Shown: one piece after another, positions 51,360-64,000 of the stretch | Layout of the letters: every line of letters starts with the position of its first letter | How positions within the stretch are numbered: the stretch's first letter is position 1 | NCBI RefSeq assembly: GCF_022539665.2 | Contig: NC_081331.1 | Location: forward strand, 10,974,001-11,038,000 | Direction of reading: 5' to 3' | Length of the DNA: 64,000 nucleotides | Source of the DNA: Daphnia carinata | Taxonomy: Eukaryota | Notes under the pieces: generated by a model | What the model was told of the DNA's origin: nothing | Database searches by the model: none | Seen by the model: only the letters and a program-made list of their open reading frames with translations | Position numbers and translations under genes: made by a program

Positions 51360-52558
51360 ATGCCCGTCGCTCCCTAGTTGCCATTATATTACAAGAGATT
51401 TCACGCAAAAAAAAAAAATACTCTTTTTACCTGATGTCTATATCACAAATTTGTACGTGCAAAAAAGAAAATTGATTTGGCATTTATTTTGAAATTGAAT
51501 CAAATTGTATGGCCATTATTGGATTCTCGATATCAAGAGATACGCCGTTTTTACTTGTATACGCAAAATTTGAGAATAATTAATCCAAAATGTGTTTTTG
51601 ATTTATGTAAAAAAAAGGAGGTAGAGTGACGAACGAGAATGTGTAAAATATTTTGACGGTGGCTTCCCAATTTCAAAAACTCTTTACTTCGATCAAACAA
51701 CTGGCTCAGTATTTGATTGTTTGAATATGTGATAATATCGATTGTGTTTGCGCGTGAAAAAATGTAACCGTATCTTCCCTGTGATGTTGAACGAATGAAA
51801 TATGAAAGAATCTTGCAATGACGACTCCGTAGCGCAAAAATCCTTTTTAAAAACATCTCCATCGCCGTGGGCGGACAAACGGAAAGCGTGTCCCACTTTA
51901 AGCGCAATAGAAAAACAAATATTTCAGTAAAAACAACTGAAAATAAAACGATAAGACAACAGTTGGAAGCGTCACTTGGCGAAATGCGTGAAAGGATTTA
52001 TTATGTCCGTTCGAGTGAGTTATGGTCCAGCGCACACCCACTCGACGATAATAACAAACCACATCCGCGAAAGATTTGCGAATACTTTCCATTCGCCACT
52101 TGTGTTTAAATAAAAAAAAGAGGCAAAATTGGCTAGACACTTGCCCAGAAATACCAAGAGCTTGTCGACAAGGAAAACCCAGAAAATGACGACACAGATA
52201 AACGCCGTTACAACGAAAAAGTGTAGAGAGGCTCAGCGTGAATTCCCCCGCCATCGCTTGTTTTCTAACTCTCCTTTTTTTCTCTCTCTAAAGGTTTGGT
52301 TGATATGCTAATACAGATAGACAAGGACGCGCAAGCATTTCCTGGGTATAGTGCCTTATGGTATTCTCTGAATTTTATTTTATTTTTACAAGGGAAAACA
52401 AGGCACGATGCCTAGTCATTCTTTATTGTGGGTTCGGAGGTGCGGCCAGTCGCCGTTACAACGAGATGCAACTTTGCCTTCCTCGTCTCACTCACCCAAA
52501 GGCACACAAAGAAAAAGAAAGAGCGAGTTGAAATCCATAGTCAAACGTAGTTGTTGGG

Positions 52559-54835
52559 ATGGACGCGACGGATAAAAAAAAATCAAGCAGTCAAGAGAAT
52601 CAAAAGGCAAAAATGCGACTCGACGAGAAGATCAGTAGCGTCGCGTTCGGCCGATTAACGAAAATCGATGCCGACAAAAATGTGCCACGAATAAGAGTGT
52701 GTGTCCTAGGATTGGCGGCGGTCGGAAAAACGGGTAAATTACACATCAAAATTATATTTCTTTCAAATTAAAAAAAAAAAACTTTCCTTTTAATCAAATT
52801 GTTTCCAAATAATCGCGACACCGCATTTCTGTGCGCAACCTACGATTCGTTTCTTCGTGTTGCATGGCAACGCGGATGCGACGCTCACCACCACCCCCCT
52901 GCACTAACAGGCTCCTTCGCAAATTTGCTATTATCTCTTATTCATCCGACTTAAAAGGTCAATTTTTCGCGACACCCACTTCTTCGCAAAAATAAAAATG
53001 GGAACGTTCGTGCAATAGCAACACCGTTAAAAATCTTTATCTATTTTTGCACTGTTTACGTTGCAGCTGTGGTGGTTCGTTATTTGACCAATCGATTCAT
53101 CGGAGAATACTGCTCGGGAAAAGGTATAAACCCAATTTCTTTTGACTTTTGCATTTTACTTTTAAAACCTCTTGACATCCCCCCCCCCAAAAAAAAAGAA
53201 AAGAAATGGCAAACGAGGGAGGGAATAGAAGATTTCGTTTAAATCGAACGAACGACGATGCCTACGCGATAACAGAGAAGTACGGCGAGTGTAAAGGAAA
53301 GTAATCGATTTGAGCAATGCATATTTCCCCGAAGAGTGAGATAGAAATGGGAGGGTAAAAGGTCTAGTCATTTCTCTCCCTCTTTCTGTTCCTCTCGTAC
53401 CATTCAACTGGAACTAACAAAGCAGGCGGCCAACTTTGAACGCTCACGTTGAGCTCCACGTGAGCCACATGTTCTCTTCGTACATGTTAACAATTTAAAG
53501 AAAATCATGCGTGTGCTTAAACCCACATCGGGTTAAAGCACGTTTTTCGCATACAGACACAAAGTATTGATTTTTAAACACGTTATTGCCAGATTTGCTC
53601 TACAAGAAAACAATAAAAATCGATGGATTCCCTTCGCAGATTGAAATAGCAGACACTTCAAACGCTTCGGTAAGATGAGTCATCAATTATCGATTTGCTT
53701 CTGTCGGTTTGACGGTGTGCAAACTACTAATAGCCAACCGGTTTGTGGCACCGCTCGCATAAAGGGATGATGTAACATACTGGCAAATTGCCTTAAAGAT
53801 TTGGGGCGAAAACTCGTTAACCGACAACACTGACATCGAATACGAAGTAATTAAACGCATTCGCACGAATTGACGATCGACAAATTGTTTCAATGACCAA
53901 ACAGCTGAGTGAAAAAAATAATGCCAAGGACGAGCATGCTTATGAATGCGACAAAATCTGAAAATTCTCTGAGATCAGATCTTGTTGCAAATATGCAATA
54001 ATAAGCAAGTCACTCTTATCGACCTTGACATACATATTTCCGGGTGACTGATCATCACAAAATAACGCAAGTGCGAGTCCTTCAAAATGTAAAAAGAAAG
54101 AACAATAAAGCAGTAATAGTTACTGAGTAATCTAACCTTTAGAAAGAAGAAAATGTAATTGAAATTTCAATAAATTCAAAGCAGCCTATTCTTATATCCA
54201 AGGCGGATTTTTCATTCCCAACGGTTCATGTTTCATGGGCAGACGCATGTATAGTTGTCTATTCCATCGGAAATAGCTCGAGTTTCGAGGCCGCAGCTAC
54301 GATGCTTGAAAAAATTCAGAATCTCAAAATGCCTTTTTATCTACCGGTACTTTTGTTGGCCAATCAAAAAGATCTCGAACACCTACGTCAGGTAATCTAG
54401 ACACATAAAAATTTCAAAGATATCTAAGTAACCCGTCCTACTCGCATGAAGGTTCGCGTAGAGGATGGCCAAGCGTTGGCGGTACAAAATAATTGTCATT
54501 TCGCCGAACTCTCGGCCGCCGAAGATGTCGAAGGAGTGGCGCTCACCATGACGGCCTTGTTCAGAGAGGTGCGGACGCTCAAGTCGCAGCGGACGGCCGT
54601 TCGCCAAAAAAAGCCATCGCTTATGCACGTCACCAAGTTATTCAGCTCGTTAATTGGACGTTCCTCTGGTACTTCTTTCAGTGAAGCAGACGGTGAAAAG
54701 CCCAAACTTAAAAGTAGTTCAACTGCATCGTCGCTTCACACGAGCGACGAAAGTGAAAGCAAAGCGAATACGCCAACGGAGAAGGAGGTCAAATCGAATA
54801 AAGGAATTAAAAAACGACCTTCTTTCTCTCTATAA
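52559..54835 (+). CDS. RERG/RASL11/RASL12-like small GTPase, copy 2
   Basis: Exons about 52559-52733, 53067-53122, 53593-53669, 54185-54391, 54452-54835: G1 GLAAVGKT, VVVRYLTNRFIGEY, WADACIVVYSI, G4 NQKD, G5 ELSA; intron positions match copy 1. Confidence 0.85.
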
Positions 54836-55137
54836 TTGCTTACGTCTACCTCCGTCGCCCACAACCGACCCACGTCCGACGAGACGCTTAAGTTCCACGC
54901 ATCGGACTTATTACTAATGGCATTCCTTTTCAATCGTCAGTTGCTCTAACGAGATGATCTCTTTTTACTCGATATATATCTTGTTTACACAGTCTCATTG
55001 GAAGGCTGCCAACGGTATAGTCTCCAACCTCATTGCATGTTTGAAGCCAACGACAGTGTTGGATATAATTTTAATAAACAGAAACAAAGAATATCCGCTA
55101 CAGCTTGACCCACTACTAAAGAAAGGGAAATCTAACC

Positions 55138-56254
55138 TTATTGGAGGAATTTTGCATGATGGCTGAAATGGTCTTCCAGGTAAGTCGCTATGAAGTAGTA
55201 GCTGTGGTCGTATCCTGCCTGTTTCCGTAGAACAATTGGCATGCCGGCTTTAGCACACGATTCGACTAGGTTATCGGGAAGAAGCTGGCCGTCCTTTAGG
55301 AACTGATCTTCCTCTCCCTATGAATTATTTATAAAATAAGGATCCAGAATTTCACTACACAAAAATAGACAGAAAAATTAGGTTAAATGTACCTGGTCAA
55401 CAAAAATCTCAAGTGGGGCGCCTTGATAGTTGGCAACCAAACATGTGGCATCCCACTCCTTCCACAGGGATTTGTCAGCACCCAGATAGCCTGAGAATGC
55501 TTTTTCTCCCCATGGACAGTTAACTGGGTTGCAAATCGGAGCAAATGCCGATACACTTTTGTAGAGCCCTGGGTTCTTCAGAGCACATATTAGGGCACCA
55601 TGTCCTCCCATGCTGTTTAAATAAAAAATGTTCAATTGCTTGTTTTTCTACTAATTATTTTGCTTTTTATACCTATGGCCCATGATAGACATCAGGTTTG
55701 AATCAGCAGGAAAGTTTGCAGAAATCAGTTGTGGCAACTCTTTGGTGATGTATGAAAACATGCGATAATTTGTCTTCCATTTTTCTTCAGATGCATCAAC
55801 ATAAAAACCAGCCCCAGTACCAAAGTCCCAGCCATCTTCTTCCCCTTCAATACCACAACCCCCTACAATCATGTAACATGTGAATATGAATATAATACAA
55901 AGAACAAACTATGGACCTACTTGGACTGGTATCGGGACAGACAATGATAAACTGATGATTTGCTGCCAGTTTCTGACCTCCAGCCTTTTGGATGAAATTT
56001 TGCTCATTACATGTCAGTCCCGAAAGCCAATAAATAACTGGAAGCTTGACATTGGCATCTTCTGCCTTTGGAGGCAAGTATACAGCAAAATTAATCTTGC
56101 ACTTGAGTTCCTCACTACAGTAAAACAATCAAAATGTCCTATTTTAAAATCTCAAGACATTTCTACAAAACATTTTTGATTACCTTTCATGTGAGAAGAC
56201 TTTCTGAAAGCCTCCAAAACATTTATTTGAAGATACTTGAGTAATTGCGGCCAT
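55138..56254 (-). CDS. ESD: S-formylglutathione hydrolase (esterase D)
   Basis: [61 protein letters not shown] nucleophile (split by an intron), [25 protein letters not shown]; stop at 55138. Confidence 0.95.
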
Positions 56255-56544
56255 GCTTCTCAATGTAAAGGTTCTGCAACAACGTCCACGTGTCTTACCC
56301 GATAAAGTTATCAGTGCCGTGACCGGTGGAATAAGATTTGACGAAAAAAGACGTAAAATTTTCAAGTAATAAATATCTGGCAATTGAAAATAAAAACGCA
56401 ACGCTGCAGCGTTGCCTTTATTCCAAATTAGTATTTTGTTGTTGTGTCTGCTTAGGTGTTTAACTGGTGTCAGTTGTTGTTTTCCTATTTGTATATCGGT
56501 GTGTTTGCATGATACAAAATTGATGGTGTAGCCTATTTTAAAAA

Positions 56545-58138
56545 ATGAATAGGCCAACGGTATTACCCCCTAGCAGTACTAATGATAATGGAGGCGATGA
56601 GTTGGAAAATCAGTTCATACTTAGATTGCCAGCAAATCTACCAGTAAGCAGTTGGACACCTTTGTAAAAGTACTTGTCAGCTAAACTTCTCTGTGTTCCC
56701 TGCATTTTAGGAATGTGCAGAAAGTCTAAAGCAAACCCTGAGGACAGGTGTGATGAATCTGAAAGACCGTCTGAGTATTAGGTTGGACAACGACATGAGA
56801 AAAGGATTGGTTCAGTTTGATTCATGGGTCATGTCTGCCAAGGTGTTATTCCAGAAAAGATTTTGCACCAAATGTTTATGACCAAAGGTATATGTGTGCA
56901 TTCTGCTTTTTATTTCTAGGTTTTGGATCTACCTTGTGTAATGGAATCTCAAAAAACTATAGATAACAAAACATTTTATAAAGCAGCTGATGTTAGCCAG
57001 GTGAGTTGTTATTTATTAAAATGTTTTGGGAATTGAAAACTCTATCATGTTACTTTATATATATTTTTTTCAATTATTTAGATATTGATTTGCAAAGAAG
57101 GTGAACAACAGTCAAGTAGTGAAGAAGAAACACCTGTTAAACCAAAGAAAAAAGACCCCCACAAGGTTGATAAAAAATTCCTATGGCCTCATGGTATAGC
57201 TCCACCAATGAAGAATGCAAGGAAAAGAAGATTTAGGAAAACACTGAAAAAGAAATACGTCGAAGCTCCAGAAATTGAGAAAGAAGTTAGGCGTTTATTG
57301 CGTGTTGACAATGAAGCGGTTAGTGTACGGTGGGAGCTAATCACGGAAGAAGATGAAGCTAAAGTAAAGGCAGCTAACGAAGCTGGCTTAGGAGAGGGAG
57401 CGGCGATGACGGTCCCTCTTGCAACGGGAACATTCGTCAGTACTCAAAGTCGCGGATTAGGTATGATCTGTTATTAACACCTTACCTTTCAATAGTAAAC
57501 TTATGCTTTTTTTATTTATAGCTGAGCATGATATTTTCGGTGAAGCGTTGAGTGACTCCGATGAAGAACATGGAAGTAAAATAAATATCATGGAGTCAGA
57601 CTATGAGAATAGCGATGAATCCCGGGGTTCGGGGTCGGAGTTCTATGCTGGAAGCAATAGGGTATTGACCAAGCAAAATACAATTATTCACATTAATGTT
57701 GTACACTTTCCTTTTTTGCAGGGGTCTAATTCTATGATAACCCAGTTTAGTGGAGACATGTTTCGTGATGATAGTAGTTCGTCTAATCTTTCTCCTCAAA
57801 AGAAAGTGGTCGATACCCAAAAAGGTAAGTCGATAATTTTTTTTCTTTTCTGCCATTCAATCTTCATTTCTCGTTATCGTTAGACGATTTGCAAAAAATG
57901 GCTGACAAGCTAAGAGAAGAGATCCGTGAAATAAAAAATTTGAGACAAGCTCAAGAAAATGAGCTTGCTACTATTGAGAACGCCGCTTTAAAACAAAGAT
58001 TCCAAATGGCACTTTCAAAACTCGTAGCACAAGAACAAGAAAAAAAAGAAGAGGTGATCGTATTGCTGTTTATTATTCAACCAGCGATTTTGACCAGTAT
58101 ATTCTTTCTAGTATGACCAAGTCATGTCTATGCTATGA
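56545..58138 (+). CDS. TAF7: TFIID subunit TAF7
   Basis: [93 protein letters not shown] and C-terminal coiled coil [11 protein letters not shown]; last exon 58112-58138 (YDQVMSML*). Confidence 0.93.
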
Positions 58139-59017
58139 TGAACACCTTTGGAGGAAAATCGTGGTAACCCAGGCTTCAAGTTTGGGCATGTCGATGGATT
58201 CATCTATTTTCAAGATGTCTGCCGGTGGTACTATGATTCCTCTTTTAACATCTTCCATGACGGACTGTCGAATGTCGTTAAGCTGTGCCGCCAATACACG
58301 AGCACTATTTTTTTCTTTGTATTCGCGGATGTACTGATTTATTTGTTTTCTTAGAGTTTTGTCGATATTATGAACGACATTATGATTGTTGCATAATTTG
58401 CTTTGCTCGGCCACAAGTTTCTTCTCTTCGAGCCTCTTGATGGTTGAGACAGGATTACTGATAGCTTCCTGTATGCGGACCCAAATCTTGATCATCATTT
58501 CTGGTTTATTTATATCAGCAGTGTCGATTGTCAGCGAGTTTTCCCACGATTCGCACGGCAATTCAAGTTTGGTATCCATCTGAACAATAACACAGTCGGG
58601 AACACGATTGCTTTGTGGGCGATTGCTGTTTTGAAATAAGGCGTTAACGACTTCGCACTTGACGTAGATTTGAAGATAGCCCGTGTGGAACTTGGCAGCT
58701 AGCTGATGATATTCGTACCGCATGCTTCGATAATAGTTGTTATCGTCTACAATCATCACGCACTTTTGGGACGAATTAGATGTTGCCAAAATAGATTTCA
58801 CGGTCTCTCTCATTTCACGTCGATATTGTTTTGTCATTTCACTAGTTGATGATAGAGCAATTTTGGTTTGCTCTTCTAAACTCACAATGTTATCATAAGT
58901 TGTACACTTCACAACACAATCATTTTCTGACAAAAAACTACATAATTTGTTTGCTAACCAGCTTTTTCCACTAGCAGGCAAGCCTAATAGGACCACAACA
59001 CAAAAATTTTGGTTCAT
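58133..59017 (-). CDS. PSTK: L-seryl-tRNA(Sec) kinase (intronless)
   Basis: 294-aa ORF with N-terminal P-loop LLGLPASGKS, IVDDNNYYRSMRYEYHQLA motif, NSNR..VPDCVI..M..KLE.P..WE and C-terminal HNIDKTLRKQI, typical of PSTK within the KTI12/PSTK family. Confidence 0.85.
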   Translation of the reverse strand: MNQNFCVVVLLGLPASGKSWLANKLCSFLSENDCVVKCTTYDNIVSLEEQTKIALSSTSEMTKQYRREMRETVKSILATSNSSQKCVMIVDDNNYYRSMRYEYHQLAAKFHTGYLQIYVKCEVVNALFQNSNRPQSNRVPDCVIVQMDTKLELPCESWENSLTIDTADINKPEMMIKIWVRIQEAISNPVSTIKRLEEKKLVAEQSKLCNNHNVVHNIDKTLRKQINQYIREYKEKNSARVLAAQLNDIRQSVMEDVKRGIIVPPADILKIDESIDMPKLEAWVTTIFLQRCSS

Positions 59018-59048
59018 TTTTGTTTGTCACTTTTTACCTAATGCAATT

Positions 59049-59527
59049 TTAAAGTTGAGGCTGTGATGAGGTGTCTTGGGTTACATCGTTTGAATCGGTT
59101 CTACTAATGTTATCAGGTTGTGTATGATTGCTAGTGTCTACCGATTCTGGAACACTTTCAGAAGTTGGAGGATTTAGTTTTTCCATCTCTTCCATTCGCT
59201 TTTGCATAATGAGAGGCTGAACTTCCATGTACACAGACATGACTTTATGATTAACCCGAATGTTTTTATTTGAACATAGTTCAACACAACGATCCTGAAA
59301 TTTACAGAACATGATCAATGAGAATATTTGTAATAACGCAAATCCTTACCTCATCCTCCGTCAATTCTCTTGTCTGAAATGTGTTAACGCATCTGGTAAA
59401 ACAGGTCTCTGACATTGTGTTGAATACTAGGAGAAAGTCTTTAAACTACGAGAGAAAAATGGTTATCCTTCACGCATTTTTGTTTGTGTGAACCCGGTTA
59501 CAAACTTACATTTTTAAGCGCATCCAT
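59049..59527 (-). CDS. TIMM10B: Mitochondrial small Tim chaperone Tim10B/Tim9b (twin CX3C)
   Basis: Exons 59527-59510 (MDALKN), 59445-59350 (FKDFLLVFNTMSETCFTRCV..ELTEDE) and 59294-59049 (DRCVELCSNKNIRVNHKVM..); twin CX3C and DFLLxYN-like motif. Confidence 0.87.
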
Positions 59528-59876
59528 TATTTTCTCCCCACACCTTTTCGTTTTGTTTCTAAAATCTTGGACCTACGAATGAAGACGGGCTGGACACGTG
59601 AAGAGAAAGAAGCCTCTTCTTAGTTTACTGTAAAACTAATATATATATTTTTTATTACTTTTTTTTACGCTTGAAAATAATCAAGTCTAAGATGAGTGGC
59701 TTAAGTCATCATAGTTTTGATTAAAGTCTTGTTTCGTTTGGTAAGTATAAACTAAATAAACACTAAATAGGTATTTGCATTACAATTACGCAAAATGTCA
59801 ATGAAAAATCATAATTCATGAATTCATTGGGTCAGTATACAACTTGATTTATTTTATCGAAGGAGTGGTACAATAT

Positions 59877-61060
<1,184 letters not shown>

Positions 61061-61932
61061 CGCTTAAACTGTTGTAAATGGAGATAAATCAAACACCGCC
61101 TACTTTAAACAACCGCCTTTTCTAGTATGCAACTTGCAGCCGACGGAAGAAAACACGTATTTTCTTGCAGGGTTGCCAGAACTATATTTTTCTCCCGCCA
61201 ACATCCCAAAATTTGCAATTTCAAATTCCAATCTCATTGAAGTAAAAGAGCTAGTGTATTGCAAACCCCCACACAAACACTTTTGGCAGAACACTAACAT
61301 AGGAGGAGGAGAAAATATATATAGGGAAAAGAAGGGAAATTTCAGTAGCCAGTACAGTACACAGCACGAATAAAACGAGGACTGCATTCGCGTTTGCTTC
61401 ACTTTTCTTCCTGTATATAAGACAAAGAAGGGATGGGAATATTGTATTGGCCGGAGCGCACTGTGACTAGACATCTAAATCAAATTAAAAAAACAACCAC
61501 TAAACCTTGTGAAATCACCCCAGGGAACTTATCTTGCATCCGCGGAAAACAAACAAACCGGCGGGCAGAGAGCTAGTTCTATATATGTACGGCTAAAGTG
61601 AAAGCGAAAGTCAGCAGAACCTACAACCTTCACGTGTTGGGAGGGAATCGATTGATGGCTCGTCGGAATGTACGAGGGAGTGAAAAAGAGACAAAGAAAG
61701 TAGAGATGGGGGGGGGGGGGGTTTGGGGCATAGGAGGGCAGACCGTTGGCCGGAAATCTTCTGAGACAAAACTTGTCGTCAAATTCGGACCGAAATAAAC
61801 AGAATTTCAGGCGCATCGACTTGGCATCCAAGAAAACCACGCGCGCAAGTGTTAGAGCGAGGCACGTTTATGAGCTCAACAACGGAATTCGCAATAGCAA
61901 ATGGCATGGCAATAGCATCTTCAGTCCTCTCT

Positions 61933-64000
61933 TTAGTAGCGTTGTTGATACTCGTGGTGCCATTTATTGAAATCCACGTTTAAGACGACAATTGACCCAG
62001 TCGCCAACCCTGCCAGTAAGTACCTGAAATACAAATGATGCAAATCATTTCAATCAATGCGAATTCTAATGAACGAATTTCAGGGTAATTTCTCGTATAC
62101 TTGTTGTCGTGAGACAATGCCAGTGACCGGACGGGACTATCAAAGGCCGGGTAGGCATAGAGTAGCGCTAGCGTGAAGAGTCGCCAAACTTCGACGATGC
62201 CTCGTTCACCAGCTGTCACTAAGTATTCACCATCTCGCGTCAACACCACACACTGTAAAAAAAAAAAAAAAGAGTATTAAAATCATACGACTGCTAATTC
62301 TTTTATAGTTTATCTTACGTGGATATTATCCGAATGGTTCACGTGTCGCATCGTTTTGCCATTGACAGTGTACGTGACAATGTTGCCTTTCTGGTAGTGG
62401 ACGGCAGCCAAGGCCTCGCGAGACAAGACTATATTTTGCGGACTGCCGTAGGATTCGCGCGGTTCCAGCGATCGCAGTAGGTCTCCAAACGTCGTGTGAA
62501 CCAAAACCAATCCACCTACACCAACAGCAAAAAAAAAAAAAAAAAGATAATTTTGGGGTTTCAAAATGTTTTCTTTTTCGGCAAACTTCACAACTAACCC
62601 TGACTGCCGCTGACGACGAGGCCCATTTCGGCTGAAACGGCGACACTGGTAATTGCCGACTCGTGGCCAGTCAAGGCCGCGCGAGGTGTTGGACAGTCGG
62701 CCGATTCACCAACGATGGTTTGCGTCCGAGCGTTCCAATGCCACAACAAGACAGTGCAATCCTCCGAACCTTAACGACATAACATTTTCATTCAATAAAA
62801 TTCAGTTCATCTCACACAAAAATACAATGACATTCGTCGCATTTACCTGATGCGATGTAGCAATCAGATGTAATGTTGCACTCGGAGCGGCTCAGGCACG
62901 TCACAATACCAAAATGACCGTATACGATTTGCGCAATTTTGGCTGAAAAAAAACCATAGAAAATAAATGAGGTTAAAACATTGTCAGAATTGAATTTAAA
63001 AATACCAGTGTCGGTAGTGAAAACTCGGAAACTGTTGTCCCAGAATCCACAGGCCATCAGGAATCGGCTGTCGACGGTTGTGATGAAGCAATTGGAGCGC
63101 ATCCGCACTTTTTGGCTAAAATTGTCTCCTAGATGGCGACGGGCCAAGAAGCCACTCTGGCTGGTCACGGTAGCTTTAAATTTACAAAAATTACGGTTAG
63201 ATAACTGGGCAATATTCAATCGATTTCAATGTGGACAATGGCCGATAACTTACAGAGAACGGGGTCCATAGAGAGGGGCAAATTGGCGAGGACGGCTTGG
63301 GCATTGTCAACATAGCCGGAATTGTTTCCTGAAGCTAGACAATAAATCATTTAAGAACATTGCAATAGAAAACCCCAGTACACTCTTGTATCATAAAATT
63401 AATTGATAAACAACTTTATACCGGCATAGGCAGGATTCCACCTGTTGAGGGCGAACTGCAAATTGGCGTGGACGGAGACAACAGACGGCAGAGGTAACTG
63501 GGGATACGTATTGGCAGATAAGTGGACGACTGCCGCATTGGACAGGAATTTCATCGACATGCAGACATCCTCTGTCACCGAGCTGAACATTAATGGAGAC
63601 TGGACAGCGGATAAAGACGAGAAAAAAAAAAACATTCGTGAAATTCGTGTAGAGAAAAGTTTGCTATTCAATGGGTATACCAAATGCATGGCTGAGCTGC
63701 GGGGCGGATGTGGCTCCATCAGTAACTGCGATGGAGTTTGACCAAAACTTCGAATTTGGTTCTCAATGGCCTACGAAACACCACAGGAAAACATAGCAAT
63801 AATTAATAGATGCTGGAATATTCATAAGTAGCACACCCAGACCTCTCGTGTCACAGGATCGGCCACACTTTCCAGGTCCACGCTGCCTTCGTACGTTAAA
63901 TAATAGAAGACATTCGTTGCCCGTACTGCTTCAGGACCTGTCATTATTATAAAAAAAAAAAAAAATAAATAAATAAATTGAAGGGAAGTTTTAAAAACCG
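61933..64000 (-). CDS. NBEA: Neurobeachin/rugose, C-terminal BEACH end and WD40 repeats; continues off the right edge
   Basis: [76 protein letters not shown], ending [13 protein letters not shown] at 61933. Confidence 0.93.

Noticed and set aside
53513..53541. 12-bp hairpin (one mismatch, 5-nt loop) in RERG-like gene 2 intron
   Set aside because: Too short for a pre-miRNA and plausible by chance in 64 kb.

Overview
Eukaryotic, gene-dense, AT-rich genomic DNA with many ~55-75 nt GT-AG introns and long homopolymer runs. The layout suggests an arthropod, most likely the crustacean Daphnia (inference from gene structure and composition only). Genes in order: myosin IX 5' half (-), hnRNP K (-, complex alternative splicing), histidyl-tRNA synthetase (-, cytosolic and mitochondrial isoforms), an OTUD7/Cezanne-like deubiquitinase (-), two tandem latrophilin-like adhesion GPCRs (-), two tandem RERG/RASL11/12-like small GTPases (+), esterase D (-), TAF7 (+), PSTK (-), Tim10B/Tim9b (-), thymidylate synthase (-) and the 3' end of neurobeachin (-). 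Most notable observations: a probable dicistronic Tim10B-PSTK unit (31 nt gap), whose PSTK end overlaps the TAF7 CDS end by 6 nt on the opposite strand; a duplicated 44-bp core-promoter element in front of each HisRS isoform; and candidate autoregulatory features in hnRNP K (poison exons, a 20-nt micro-exon, alternative last exons around a 66-nt poly(C) tract). All exon boundaries were read by eye from splice consensus and frame continuity and have no transcript support.
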